DNA from: a virus
Lineage: Duplodnaviria; Caudoviricetes
Direction: 5' to 3' (one strand)
Virus record (IMG/VR): IMGVR_UViG_3300024259_000011
DNA: 64,000 nucleotides
A program made the position numbers and the translations under genes. The notes below the pieces were generated by a model. The model was not told the origin of the DNA, did no database searches, and saw only the letters and a list, made by a program, of their open reading frames with translations. The first letter of the stretch is position 1. Every line of letters begins with the position of its first letter. Positions 16,888 through 27,712 of this stretch are shown here, one piece after another.

Positions 16888-18120
16888 TCAAGCGCATTTA
16901 GTTTTGAGCACTAAATCGACCATGTTCCCAAAGTCGCGACCGACCTTTGTGTTAACTTTGAAGTCACCCAGCTCGGTCTGGCTGAAAAGGTTAATAAGTT
17001 CTGGTATCATTCCTCGCTCGGAGGCGGCAAGGTCGATAACGATTGAGTCGTGAAGGGTGAAAGCGATCTGGCTTCTGCAGTCTCTAAGGCGCTCATTGAT
17101 TTCAATAAGCCTCCGGAGGGTAACGTCCACGCAACTACTTTGAATAATATAAGACAGAGAGTGATGGTGATCGCTAGGAATGGTCCGTCCGAATCGTGTC
17201 CTGACATGTGTGCCGGTCCAATGCGAGCCAATAATTCTCTCTCTTCGGTACGTTTCTTCCAGTAGTTTTTCCACAGTCCCATCATTATTAGTTAGTGTGC
17301 CAGTGACATTTTTCCTACCGTATAGCCACGCAAAGATTCTACGCTTCGCTTCCTGACGATCTACGTCACCAAAAATATTCTTAATGTTCCACTCATGAAT
17401 GTCCTCTACTGGCTGCTCTTGACCAGCTAGTGCCAAAGCCACGCGGAGTTCTGCGGCATTATAATCCAACTCCAAGAACCAATCGTTACTTGGCTTGAGC
17501 ACAGAACGATACTGCTTGTCGAGTGTCAAGATGGGGAAGCTGCCCGGGCTGTTTGTTAGCCGACCGGTCTTCGTGCCCCATATATTATAACGACAATATG
17601 GTGTATACTTCTGGAGGTTCTTTACAAACTTTCTGGTAGCTGCCTTGTGATAGATTGGGCGGATGCCCTCTGTGCTAATGCTTAGCTCATTGTATCGAAT
17701 ATCATCAAGCGCTGTAGCCAACTGCTTGATAAAGTCATAGTTGTCGGGCTTCTCGTAGGTGTCGAACACATGTTGTGTGATCCGGCTCTTAACCTCGCAG
17801 TAGTCCAGTAGAAACTGGCGTGGAACCAAGTCAAAAAAGCAGTTCTCGTCCAACGATACTTTGGCAAAGCCGAATGACCGAAAATATGCGCGGAGCTTGT
17901 CTCTTACAGCCTCCCACTGTGTCCTCAAACGAGGCGGGCACACTTGGTCCAAGGACAGACCGCCACAGTAAAACTTGGCATACTCCACTTCGGTGTCCCG
18001 CAGGAACGTGCTATAGTCCCATGTGCGTGATAGACCTGTGGGTAGGTGGTCGTGGATCAGTTCGCCATCAAGATATATGCCTACGCATTCTTTCTTGTCG
18101 TCTAGTGTCTGGAATAACAA
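16888..18120 (-). CDS. compact family A DNA polymerase-like protein
   Basis: TKTGRLT, motif A LELDYNAAELR, motif B RQEAKRRIFAWLYG, IIQSSCVD, motif C TLHDSIVID; probable TTG start at 18120. Confidence 0.8.
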   Translation of the reverse strand: MLFQTLDDKKECVGIYLDGELIHDHLPTGLSRTWDYSTFLRDTEVEYAKFYCGGLSLDQVCPPRLRTQWEAVRDKLRAYFRSFGFAKVSLDENCFFDLVPRQFLLDYCEVKSRITQHVFDTYEKPDNYDFIKQLATALDDIRYNELSISTEGIRPIYHKAATRKFVKNLQKYTPYCRYNIWGTKTGRLTNSPGSFPILTLDKQYRSVLKPSNDWFLELDYNAAELRVALALAGQEQPVEDIHEWNIKNIFGDVDRQEAKRRIFAWLYGRKNVTGTLTNNDGTVEKLLEETYRRERIIGSHWTGTHVRTRFGRTIPSDHHHSLSYIIQSSCVDVTLRRLIEINERLRDCRSQIAFTLHDSIVIDLAASERGMIPELINLFSQTELGDFKVNTKVGRDFGNMVDLVLKTKCA

Positions 18121-18133
18121 GTGCTTGCCTGAG

Positions 18134-19978
18134 TTAAATGTACAGCATGAATTGTCCGCGACCAGCATTGCTTCTTTCGCGGTTTACATATCGGTTAAAC
18201 GTCTTTGCTTTATTTTGTACTGTTCTGTACGGCGGATTGCCACCCGGGGAGGGCAGTCTGTCCGTCTTGTTATTAATATAATCTAATGCTTGGTTCCCGT
18301 CAAGGTTTTTCTGAATATCTGCCAAATCTTTGACATTTTGTTCAAAGATCCTCTGAGTCCAGTCAACTGCCGCCTCTCTAGCGCGCACAAACAAGTAGAG
18401 TTTGGCTGGGAAGTCTGTACCGAAGATGTTAGAGAAAACGTCGTAAGAAGAAGGCTTCTTGTTGGCGTTGGCGTTCTTGCGGTTGATCGTTTTACCCGCT
18501 AGCATAGAATGGTTTTCTCTTTTGATGGTCGCGTAGTAGCTGGTGTCTGCTGATGCGGCGCCGTCGAATGCGATGGTGCTGCGATAGTGAGTGAGCACCA
18601 CAACCTCTGAGTTTGCACCGGATGCTTCGGCGCTGGAACGGTGGACGGCGATGGCTTGCGAAGGGAATGACCCAGCAAACGAGTTCCACATGCTAACAAA
18701 GTAGTTCATCAAGACCTTTAAATCTGTAGAGTCTGCTCTATAATAGCATGTCCGGAACATGATGTCAAGGTTTTTAGTTTGATATTTTTTGATCAATTCG
18801 TCATATGTTTGCGCCAGTTTATACGCCTCGTCTCTCTGTCCGCGTCTAGTCTGGGTGCCTGTTGCTATTTTCTGGTACCCGTCGCGGCGGCGTACTAGCT
18901 CCGGAATGTTTGTCCCTTTGCCATTGACATCTTTACCTTCTACTGCCCAGTCACGGATGTACCGGCGCATGGGAGTTGACATTACATCAGCAACCAGTCT
19001 CCAAGGGCAGTTGAAATCGACCATGAAGCCAAACTTTTGAGCCATGGCAACAAATAATTCAAAGTTCGGATCGTTTAAATACTTTTCCTTCTTCGTTACA
19101 TCGTCATTCGGATTCTCTTTATACAAATCGATTTGCCATCCGCTGATCGCTCGATTACATTCGCCACTCATGATATACCCAGAGCGTGTGAACTGTACCA
19201 TGGGAGCCGCAATATCTATGAAGCGCAGCATGTACTGCATAAAGTCCTTAAAGTTTAATATTTTCTGTTGACGACCTTCTGATTTTACCCACTGCTGAAA
19301 CCCTTCAAAGATTCTTTCCATGTTGGCTTGGTACTGCGGGTGTATACTGGTCCAACCGCTTTTCACCGTGAGCTTGCCGTCTGTACTGGGGCGGAACACA
19401 CCTACATTAGCAACCATCGGTCCAGTGCCCTGACCTCTTTGGTTGCTAGCCCTAATATTCATGCGAAAGAAGCGAGTCCATTCCTTTTGGAAATCTCTCC
19501 ACGCATGCGCCACAAATACTGGCGCCATGATGGATCCATCTCCTTTGTTGAGCGATGTAAGATACGCTTCTGAAAGGTAGATGGCATTTTGGTTAATATC
19601 CACTTTCCCGTACATCGCTTTGTCGTACCAGAAGTCAATCATACCCAGCGACCATCCACCGATGGAAGTATATCTGGGAGCATATGATTCCCAGTGTATG
19701 CGGCGGGCAAACAAAGTAGATGCCTTGTCTGCATCTGTGGCACCCCACCATTTGGCGTCCTCGCCACGGGCGCGAGCCATCTCAATAGAAATGGCAGGAA
19801 CGTGAATGAAATCTTGTAGCGAAGGCTGGCGACCACTGCGATATGGGATCCGTTTGATCCCCTTCCGTTTGCGTGGATCTTTTGCCTCGTAAAGACCCGG
19901 AGGATCAACAATAACCTTTACGGCGCCCGTATTTAAACGCTTTATAAGCGCTAGTGTTTTCTCATCTGAATCTGACAT
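18134..19978 (-). CDS. hypothetical protein (614 aa) at the end of the tail/baseplate block
   Basis: Long ORF with GGAGGAG SD and an upstream TATTTATA motif; no family recognised. Confidence 0.7.
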   Translation of the reverse strand: MSDSDEKTLALIKRLNTGAVKVIVDPPGLYEAKDPRKRKGIKRIPYRSGRQPSLQDFIHVPAISIEMARARGEDAKWWGATDADKASTLFARRIHWESYAPRYTSIGGWSLGMIDFWYDKAMYGKVDINQNAIYLSEAYLTSLNKGDGSIMAPVFVAHAWRDFQKEWTRFFRMNIRASNQRGQGTGPMVANVGVFRPSTDGKLTVKSGWTSIHPQYQANMERIFEGFQQWVKSEGRQQKILNFKDFMQYMLRFIDIAAPMVQFTRSGYIMSGECNRAISGWQIDLYKENPNDDVTKKEKYLNDPNFELFVAMAQKFGFMVDFNCPWRLVADVMSTPMRRYIRDWAVEGKDVNGKGTNIPELVRRRDGYQKIATGTQTRRGQRDEAYKLAQTYDELIKKYQTKNLDIMFRTCYYRADSTDLKVLMNYFVSMWNSFAGSFPSQAIAVHRSSAEASGANSEVVVLTHYRSTIAFDGAASADTSYYATIKRENHSMLAGKTINRKNANANKKPSSYDVFSNIFGTDFPAKLYLFVRAREAAVDWTQRIFEQNVKDLADIQKNLDGNQALDYINNKTDRLPSPGGNPPYRTVQNKAKTFNRYVNRERSNAGRGQFMLYI

Positions 19979-20007
19979 GCGTATCTCCTCCCTTTATAAA
20001 TATTGGT

Positions 20008-22617
20008 TTACCAAATTTTCCACCATGGATCATTGGCGCCATTATCGTCACCCTGACACGGATCTTCAGCGTCCATGTCGCCGGCTGCTATATCAGGCAG
20101 TTCTTCATCCAGTCCCAGAGCGCCCTCTATGGCGTCACCCACATCGCCCCAGAAACTGTCCTGAGAGTCTTCAACCACTTGTGCCACGTCCACTTCAGAG
20201 CAATCTGGCTCTTCGGTAGGTGCCGCTCCTGCGCCGCTGCTAACCCAAGTACATTCCAGCGTAGTATCGTACGCTCCACCGCGTTTTATCGCCGAGTTGA
20301 CTTTGATAACTTGAAAATATCCGCCCAATCCCAAACGGAACGCAATGGAGTTTCGTGTAGAAGGGTTGCCCACGCCATATGGGGGATTCACATAGACATA
20401 TTGTCCCGGGAAATGAATGTTGTTCCCGACCATCTTCAGCTTGGCGTTATAAAGCTCACGCAAGTTGGACAAGGCACCTTCTTCTGTCTGTCTAGCTTCC
20501 TTGAGCCCCTGAATGTCTGACTTGTCGAAACTGATGCTCTTGATCAGTCCGCTATCCTGTCCAATAAAGTAATGATTAATGCCTCGCTTCTCGTCGGCGG
20601 CTTGGTCACCGACTAGCCCGCCCGGATCGCCCGTTTGCATGTAATAGAGTGCATATGTAAAGCCCGGATCTTGTGGGTTAACATCTTCCCCGATCTTTGC
20701 CATTATCGCTTCGGGCGTTGGGCGTGTACCGTGAGGAGTGAGAACATCAGTTGCCGCTTTGACTGTGAAGACGGCTTGAGACACATCTCCTGTCTGGTTT
20801 GGAGCATTCGGGAAGCACTTGGGCTGGAGAGCCGGCTTAATGAGGCACTGCATGACATCCATGAGAAACCTTCTAACTGGGTAGTTATCTTTCTCTGGTT
20901 CAATAACCTTTTCATTCCAGAACTTCAGAAACAGAGTGTAGGAAATGGGGATATCGCACAAAGCAATCCGCACAAGCTTTTTGGTTCTGGGATCTGTGAA
21001 CTGAGCCGGTCCTAAGATGATAGCCATGTTCTCAAGTTCGGCTGCTTTGCTGTCCGGATTGAAAGACAAACATGCCTGCTCAACAATGTCGCCTAGGAAA
21101 CAAAAATAAATGTCATCATCGTCTACATCTGACGGGTCTGCATCTTCGGCTTCTGCTTCCGGGTTACTGAACCAGCCTTGATCGCCGATTGTGATAGTCG
21201 CGACCCCGCCCCACTGGCTGTCACTGGAGAGCGTTGGGCGCTTGCCCTCTTTGTTCTCTTGCCATTCTTCGAGGAAGCCATTGTCTAAATCTAAGTGTCG
21301 GATTTTGCCGCTAAGAGCGTCTGTGAAGCTGGCGTATGCTGCAGCCCTGTTAGTGTCTTTTAGTTCTGCTATTATCTCCCGTAGTTCTTCTGCTTCCTCG
21401 CCGGCATCTTCCGCCTCTTCATCAAGATCTTCGATGTCGCCTTCTGATGCATTTTGTTCGCTAGCACATGCTTGAGCGTCTTCGACATTTTCTATGTGCC
21501 CCTCTAACGCCTCTAGCTCCGCCTCGACATCTTCTATATTTCGGCTATCAACACCAATGCCCGCGAAGCCGGCACTCACCGTAGCATCTCCGCTGCCGCC
21601 GCCGGGAAAAAGAATATCTGCCGCCTTCGATTCCAGAGCGGCTTCCATTGCACCAACATACTCCACCGTCACGTCGCACGATCCGTCCTCCTTGATTTTA
21701 ACCTCATGTTGAATAAGATTAAGGTACATCTCCAGATTCATATTCTTTAGTATCTTAATCAGCTTTGCATCTTCTAGGTGGGTCCGGACACCTTCATCGA
21801 TTGCCCAACCGACGTTGGCTAAGACCCTATAATATCTTGGATCATATTCTTCGGCGCCAGTCTTGCCCCTGTTTCCACCCTCCGGGTGCAGGATTAACTC
21901 TAAAAAGCTGGGGTTAGTGCCCGGGACATAGTTATCTCCCGCTGCGGCTATCGAATCAAAGTCTCCCACTAAATCTTTCATAGACTGGAAGTGCATTGTC
22001 ATTTTTACACCAATGACTTTCTCACCTTCTGCCGGGTTTGTACCCGCGAACTCCCACTTAAATTCTTTTATACCGGCGCCGCCTGCACGACCGCCGGCAT
22101 CTGTTGTTAGGTCTGAGAGCCTTGACTCATCAGTAAAACCTTTGAACTTGAACTCCCGGCGGGTAGATTCACCGCCATCGGCTGCAGGTGTGACTCTCCA
22201 CAGTCTTACTTGTGGCTGCAATACAGCCTTTTGCCATGGCTTGATCCGAGTGAATGGCGCCATGCCATCCCGCTTCAAGACACCCGACAATACATCGTGA
22301 ACGGTATTCTCGGCGCTAGCAGCAAGAGCATGAAAATTCTTATAATGACACTGCTCATTTAGTCCAGCAAGAATATCTACATAATCTATTAGGAAACATT
22401 GATGATCAAAGGTTAGTTTATCTTGCTCGGGCTCTGCCTCAGATGTAGCATCGGCAGGGTCTGTTCCAGCAGCAGCAGCATCCTCGCCCGCAGTAGTGCC
22501 ATCGGTAGCTGCAGATGGATCTGCGCTAGCGGCATCAGCGGAATCCGTTCCGGAAGCGCCACCATCTTCAGTGGCGGCTTCGGCGGGATCTGTTTCTGGG
22601 ACTTCGGGATCTGCCAT
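20008..22617 (-). CDS. putative baseplate hub-like structural protein (869 aa)
   Basis: Follows the LysM-like wedge gene; C-terminal LYNAKLKMVGN...PGQYVYV...GGYFQVIKV...YDTTLEC resembles hub (gp27/late control D) beta folds. Function inferred. Confidence 0.5.
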   Translation of the reverse strand: MADPEVPETDPAEAATEDGGASGTDSADAASADPSAATDGTTAGEDAAAAGTDPADATSEAEPEQDKLTFDHQCFLIDYVDILAGLNEQCHYKNFHALAASAENTVHDVLSGVLKRDGMAPFTRIKPWQKAVLQPQVRLWRVTPAADGGESTRREFKFKGFTDESRLSDLTTDAGGRAGGAGIKEFKWEFAGTNPAEGEKVIGVKMTMHFQSMKDLVGDFDSIAAAGDNYVPGTNPSFLELILHPEGGNRGKTGAEEYDPRYYRVLANVGWAIDEGVRTHLEDAKLIKILKNMNLEMYLNLIQHEVKIKEDGSCDVTVEYVGAMEAALESKAADILFPGGGSGDATVSAGFAGIGVDSRNIEDVEAELEALEGHIENVEDAQACASEQNASEGDIEDLDEEAEDAGEEAEELREIIAELKDTNRAAAYASFTDALSGKIRHLDLDNGFLEEWQENKEGKRPTLSSDSQWGGVATITIGDQGWFSNPEAEAEDADPSDVDDDDIYFCFLGDIVEQACLSFNPDSKAAELENMAIILGPAQFTDPRTKKLVRIALCDIPISYTLFLKFWNEKVIEPEKDNYPVRRFLMDVMQCLIKPALQPKCFPNAPNQTGDVSQAVFTVKAATDVLTPHGTRPTPEAIMAKIGEDVNPQDPGFTYALYYMQTGDPGGLVGDQAADEKRGINHYFIGQDSGLIKSISFDKSDIQGLKEARQTEEGALSNLRELYNAKLKMVGNNIHFPGQYVYVNPPYGVGNPSTRNSIAFRLGLGGYFQVIKVNSAIKRGGAYDTTLECTWVSSGAGAAPTEEPDCSEVDVAQVVEDSQDSFWGDVGDAIEGALGLDEELPDIAAGDMDAEDPCQGDDNGANDPWWKIW

Positions 22618-22623
22618 ACAACA

Positions 22624-22962
22624 TTAACCTTTCAAGTATTTTAGCACAGAGTTTAAAGGCATTGGGATATGGATCGTATCTCCCATTTTAATATGAGATT
22701 CCGTTGGCTTTTTATTAAACCATGCAATAACCCACCACAATTCTGACTCTCCGTAATATTGGTGAGCGAGTTTCCAGTACTGATCTCCTGTCTTCCACAA
22801 ATGAGACACGCGATCAATGGTCGCCGAGATTTGTTCGGGTGAAGGGTAGGACATATAGGGTGTATTGTATTGACGAATGCGACGAAGACCGCGCTTCTCC
22901 AGCATCTCTGCGTAAAAGCGACTAGAATTTGTGATCACTCGCCTGCTATCATATCTTGCCAT
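22624..22962 (-). CDS. LysM-like baseplate wedge / tail X protein
   Basis: HLWKTGDQYWKLAHQYYGESELWWVIAWFN...IKMGDTIHIP. Confidence 0.8.
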   Translation of the reverse strand: MARYDSRRVITNSSRFYAEMLEKRGLRRIRQYNTPYMSYPSPEQISATIDRVSHLWKTGDQYWKLAHQYYGESELWWVIAWFNKKPTESHIKMGDTIHIPMPLNSVLKYLKG

Positions 22963-22985
22963 ATCTTTTTATTCAACTCCTTTTG

Positions 22986-23771
22986 TTAGCCGCCGGTTGG
23001 TTCCAGCGGTAAGTCTACTCCCGGTGTGCCTGGGGGAGCCGGCTCTGATGTAGGGTCTGTTGTCCCACCGCCAGCGCCGGCGGCTGTACCTCTCGCATTG
23101 TAGGGGAAGTTCCCTGCACCGCCGCCGCGACCGAAGCCCATTTGGTCGCCACCGGAGGCATTCTCAGCAGACCAACCCATCATGTGTGTGTGCAGGACTG
23201 TGAACTCAGCCGACAAAGTGAGCTTCAAGGGATAAAATATTCCCGGGTCTTCGTCAACGATGCCCGATTCAAAGTCTGGCTCAAAAGTAAATCCACCGAT
23301 GTAACCAATCAGCCCGGAGGTCTTTGCGTCAGAAGCAGCGGAGTTCGGTCCAGCCTCAACGTTGTGAGCAAAGTTTCCAAACTTAAACTTGAATACGGGA
23401 GACGAAGCAATAGTCTGGGAGTCTCCTCCTCCGCCTTTCGAGTATGACGGGTACAACATAGACATCAGCGTTTCACATTTTGTCATGTTTAGCTTTGCCT
23501 CTGCAATGCTTGCCGAAACAACGTCCCACTCGACGCTAATCTGTCGGGCAGTGCCTTGGAACGCAGAGATGGGATCCATACGACCATACACTGACTCGCT
23601 GTTCCATTCTGACGTATACTGATCTGAGAAGCTGTTAACCATCGCCTTAAACACGACTGATTTCTGGCTAGGAACGTGAAAGAATTCCAGCACCATAAGC
23701 TTGTCTATTGCAAGCTTACCTGTGCCATCTATATCAGCTCCAAATCGTCCAGAATATATTGACATATACAA
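22986..23771 (-). CDS. tube-fold baseplate / tail initiator protein
   Basis: FSDQYTSEWNSESVYGRMDPI...GTARQISVEW...YP.Y pattern; lies directly after the tape measure gene. Confidence 0.65.
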   Translation of the reverse strand: MYMSIYSGRFGADIDGTGKLAIDKLMVLEFFHVPSQKSVVFKAMVNSFSDQYTSEWNSESVYGRMDPISAFQGTARQISVEWDVVSASIAEAKLNMTKCETLMSMLYPSYSKGGGGDSQTIASSPVFKFKFGNFAHNVEAGPNSAASDAKTSGLIGYIGGFTFEPDFESGIVDEDPGIFYPLKLTLSAEFTVLHTHMMGWSAENASGGDQMGFGRGGGAGNFPYNARGTAAGAGGGTTDPTSEPAPPGTPGVDLPLEPTGG

Positions 23772-23829
23772 CGTCCTCCCTATTCTTTATCTTCCCTATA
23801 ACTAGTCCATTCTATAAGAAGTTTCGTTA

Positions 23830-26800
23830 TTAGAAGCCCTTCAAACCATGCTTGCTGTCGATTGCGGCGTTAACGGCTCTTGCGAATTCATCGCCGTCAA
23901 GCTCCAAAACAATGTCTTGCCCCTTCTTCTCTTTTGAGCCACCGGAAGAGCGCTGTTCGCCCATCACTTGCCTAAGCGCCTCAACAAAGGCGTCCTTGGA
24001 TGGATCCTTCATCGCTTTTTGAGCAGAAGCATACTCTCTCGCAGCCTTTGCCATACCCTCGACGTTTTCTACGACCTCTGGGGTTAACTGCACCGAAGAA
24101 TCAATAAGGTTTGCTAAGCTGTCTGCAGTCACGTTGAAACTCAAGGCTTTTGTTTCCGGAATGGAATCAAGAGCGCGACCAATAGCCCAAATACCCCATG
24201 CCATGTCCCACAAGATATCCCCAACAGAGTCCATGTCGGTTAAGACCGCAAGTCCTTGAAAGATCTGCCCTAAGGCAACTGCTTTTTCTGTGGAGAGGGT
24301 TCCCATTGCGGCGCCGAATGCGTGCAATGCTTTTGTGAGATGTCTGATTCCAGTGTCAAACCATGGTACCATCGCGTATATACCAAGCTTCCATAAGCCC
24401 CAGCCAAGTGTAGGTAACGCTCTTCCTAAGGCTATTAGTCCCTCTGCCATGGGCTTCATCCTGTCAACGAAGGGTGCCATGACTCCGATGGCGCGACCAA
24501 ATAACATGAGTGGCAGCGCAAGGATCATCATGGCTGGAGCCACCAGGAGGGCACCAATAAAGAATGGCATGCCCGCCAGCATGAGCAGACCGCCGGCGAT
24601 ATAGATGCCGAAAGCGAACGCAGCGAGAGCAACACCCAGACCACTTAGAGCTTCAAAGTCCATAGCCATCCACGGTGCCACACCCATTGCCAACCAAAGC
24701 AAGCCGATACCGGCGGTCATGCCACCGATCATGAGCATCGGACCTGAGAACATTAGCCAGAAGCCTGTGCTCAAAAAGCCGTCAGTCATCGCATCTAGAG
24801 TCTTTCCAAGTGTCGCCAGCTTCGCGAAGTCCATGGACATCCATGGCTTAACCCCCATCCAAAGCAAGAGCAAGCCTGCCGTTGCGGGAATCGCGCCCCA
24901 CATCAAAAAGTACCCACCAATAAGTAGAGCGATGCCGGCGGGGATGAGCAGCCAGCCAAACGCTATCAAAGAGGCGCCGAGTTCAAGCATGTTCTCAAAC
25001 CCTATTTTCTTAAACGCATTAATACCTTTAGCTAGGACCAGTAACCCTGCGCCTAAAATCAGCGCGGCGACACCGACCAAGGTGCCACCCCAAAGGAAAG
25101 GAACAGCGGCATACATCAAGCCGATACCAAACACATATAACATAAAGGTCAGCTTGAACATTGCCTCAAACATCCCGCGCTTGGTGAAGCCTTCGATACC
25201 TTTAGCCAGCATTTGCAGACCAAAGCCCAAGAGCAGTGCTGGAATGCCGATCAACATGGCGCCAAGGAAGAACGGAATAGCGGCATACATCAATCCGTAA
25301 CCGAAAAGAACCAACATGAAGGTCAGCCCAAGCATTGCCTCAAACATTCCTCGTTTAGTGAAGCCTTCAATACCTTTAGCCAACGCTTGCAATCCGAAGC
25401 CCAACAGCAGGGCACCTATGCCCACTAAGCCGGCACCAAAGATGAATGGTATAGCAGCATACATCAGAGCGTAGCCAAAGGGAATGAGAGCAAGACCAAG
25501 ACCAATCATCATCATAATCGGGAAGTCGTCGATGCCCTCTTTAAGAGCCTTGAACCCTTGCCCCAAGAACCAAGCTGCGATACCAAAGACAAGAGCAGCG
25601 CCAGACAACTGTAGCAAGCCCATGGCAACGGGAGCCATCATTGGCGCAACTGGCGCTAAGATGGCGACGAACATAGCGATACCCATTGCCAACATCGGGA
25701 GCGCGACCATAGATGCAGCACCAAATGCTATCAAGCCAAGCAGTGCCGGCGCGATTGCCTCGGGCATTTCCATAAACGCGATAACCAGTTCCTTAAGGGA
25801 CCAGACGAGCACCGCAATAGCAAGGAACGGCGCAGCAATAGCCAAAGCCAAGCCGCCGATGGCGAAGCCTAGGGCAACAATGGCAGGAATCAGAGGGGCA
25901 GCAGCAATAGAAACTTCAACAAGACCAACTGCCAAGGCAGTCATCTTGGGGGCTGCTTCAAGAGACTCGTCGCCGGCTTCATCTGTTGCAATGGCTAGAG
26001 TTCCAGTAGCTGCAGCGAGACCGCTAGTTAATAAGGTTCGCATAAATGTCAGAGCCAGCTTTCCAGATTCAAATATAGCCATCATCTGTGATCTATAATG
26101 AATTGCTGCCATAACTCCCAGCAAAGTGATAAGGACTGGAACCAGAAAACCGCCCATCAGATCATTCAACTGTAAGAAGCCGTCCAAGAGGAAGTGAATA
26201 GCACCAACAATCGGAGCAACCGCTACTGCGAACTGCTCCATGATGCGTGTAAGTTTGTCCTGCATGTTAGCTGCAGCAGCGGCACGTTCTTCTAGCTTCT
26301 TCTGTGCCTCAGCGTTGTCCTCGACTTTTGATTGTGCTTTGTCATATTCCGAAAGGCTCTGTCCGAAAAGTTTATTAGCTTCTGTCATGTCTGAGACGCC
26401 TGCTGCATTAGCAACGGCGATTCTCTCAAACTTGTTCATGCTCGACCAACTCTTGCCGGAAAGCTGAATAGATTGAATCAGTAGGCGCACCCTCTCCTCT
26501 TCCGAGGCGTTCAAGAGTTCCATGGAGTCAAGCACACCGCCGCCGAGAATAGCATTAAGCTTTCCGGCTGATTGCGCTGCGCCCTCGAATGTATCAAACT
26601 GGGTAGTGATACCAAGAAGCGCTTGCATCTCGATACCAGTAGCCTTGGCTGCTGCTGCGACTTCCTTGAACACTGTGGTTGCTTCATCGCCGTATGCGGT
26701 GAAGACATCCGAGTTCGCTGCAAAGTCTTTAGAGATCTTGCCGGCACTCACGCCCAAATCAGCAGCCATGGCAGCGAAATCTTTCTGTACTGCAATAGCC

Positions 26801-27681
26801 TGCTCAGCGGACATGCCAAGAGACTTATTAAGGATCTCGAAGTTTGCCGCCGTGGTCGCCGAGTCAATACCCAGCCCTTTTAGTTGCGCCGTTGCTTCAA
26901 CTAGTTGTCCTTGCGCCTCTTCTGTCATCTCAGTGAACTGACTCATACCGGTGTAGAGTTGCTCGACAGCTTCGCCGGCGTCTTCCATACTGACATTCCA
27001 TTCAGCGTTATGCTGCATGGTGGTCATGATCATGTCGTTGTATTCGCCAGTACCATTAGTAAGCTTATTGACTGAAGCGAATTGCTTGTCGGCGGAAATC
27101 ACCATAGCCGCCGTTGCCTCTTGGACCTTCATCAAAGATGAGCCTAGCATGTTGGCGATGCTAAACTGCTCAGCAAGAGCGCTTGTCACCGCTTGCATGG
27201 AGCCTTCGATGCCACCGTCTAAGAATGCCCCGAAAAGCCCAGAGCGCCAGTCAGCGGATACGCCAGTGAGCGTCTTTGCATACGATTGTGCGAGTCCAGC
27301 AGCCTTTCCTTGCGCCTTGATTTGCCCTTGAATGGCTTCAAGCTTGTCTAACTCAAACTGGAGCGTTGCTTTAATCGCCGGGTCTGTCGCAGCCTTAATC
27401 TTCGCTTCAAGAATCGCCTGTTCTTGTTGGTTTTCAAGTTCTTTGAGGCGCAGATTAGCCTTGGTCATCTGACCTTGCTTCTTAGCTTGATCTAAGTTCT
27501 TCTTGATCGTTTGCGCGTACTTCTCAAGCTGTTCGTATTCGGCGTTTGCACCAGCCATGGACGCAACCAAGGCTGGACCCATCTCTTTGAACGCCTTGGT
27601 GATGTCAGCCGCACTCATCCCCATCTTGTCCAGCATGGAGGCAGCTTGTTTCAGTTGATTTGGATCTGGGGTATCAGCCAT
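23830..27681 (-). CDS. tail tape measure protein (1283 aa)
   Basis: Long Ala/Gly/Leu-rich helical protein with periodic hydrophobic repeats (GFLLGFGLQ.LAKGIEGFTK-like), located after the tube and chaperone genes. Confidence 0.9.
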   Translation of the reverse strand: MADTPDPNQLKQAASMLDKMGMSAADITKAFKEMGPALVASMAGANAEYEQLEKYAQTIKKNLDQAKKQGQMTKANLRLKELENQQEQAILEAKIKAATDPAIKATLQFELDKLEAIQGQIKAQGKAAGLAQSYAKTLTGVSADWRSGLFGAFLDGGIEGSMQAVTSALAEQFSIANMLGSSLMKVQEATAAMVISADKQFASVNKLTNGTGEYNDMIMTTMQHNAEWNVSMEDAGEAVEQLYTGMSQFTEMTEEAQGQLVEATAQLKGLGIDSATTAANFEILNKSLGMSAEQAIAVQKDFAAMAADLGVSAGKISKDFAANSDVFTAYGDEATTVFKEVAAAAKATGIEMQALLGITTQFDTFEGAAQSAGKLNAILGGGVLDSMELLNASEEERVRLLIQSIQLSGKSWSSMNKFERIAVANAAGVSDMTEANKLFGQSLSEYDKAQSKVEDNAEAQKKLEERAAAAANMQDKLTRIMEQFAVAVAPIVGAIHFLLDGFLQLNDLMGGFLVPVLITLLGVMAAIHYRSQMMAIFESGKLALTFMRTLLTSGLAAATGTLAIATDEAGDESLEAAPKMTALAVGLVEVSIAAAPLIPAIVALGFAIGGLALAIAAPFLAIAVLVWSLKELVIAFMEMPEAIAPALLGLIAFGAASMVALPMLAMGIAMFVAILAPVAPMMAPVAMGLLQLSGAALVFGIAAWFLGQGFKALKEGIDDFPIMMMIGLGLALIPFGYALMYAAIPFIFGAGLVGIGALLLGFGLQALAKGIEGFTKRGMFEAMLGLTFMLVLFGYGLMYAAIPFFLGAMLIGIPALLLGFGLQMLAKGIEGFTKRGMFEAMFKLTFMLYVFGIGLMYAAVPFLWGGTLVGVAALILGAGLLVLAKGINAFKKIGFENMLELGASLIAFGWLLIPAGIALLIGGYFLMWGAIPATAGLLLLWMGVKPWMSMDFAKLATLGKTLDAMTDGFLSTGFWLMFSGPMLMIGGMTAGIGLLWLAMGVAPWMAMDFEALSGLGVALAAFAFGIYIAGGLLMLAGMPFFIGALLVAPAMMILALPLMLFGRAIGVMAPFVDRMKPMAEGLIALGRALPTLGWGLWKLGIYAMVPWFDTGIRHLTKALHAFGAAMGTLSTEKAVALGQIFQGLAVLTDMDSVGDILWDMAWGIWAIGRALDSIPETKALSFNVTADSLANLIDSSVQLTPEVVENVEGMAKAAREYASAQKAMKDPSKDAFVEALRQVMGEQRSSGGSKEKKGQDIVLELDGDEFARAVNAAIDSKHGLKGF

Positions 27682-27712
27682 TTGTTAGCGATCTCCTTAG
27701 GGGGTTCTCGGC

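Noticed and set aside
20008-22617. Acidic low-complexity N- and C-terminal tails of the hub-like protein as functional repeats
   Set aside because: No exact periodicity; consistent with disordered linkers.
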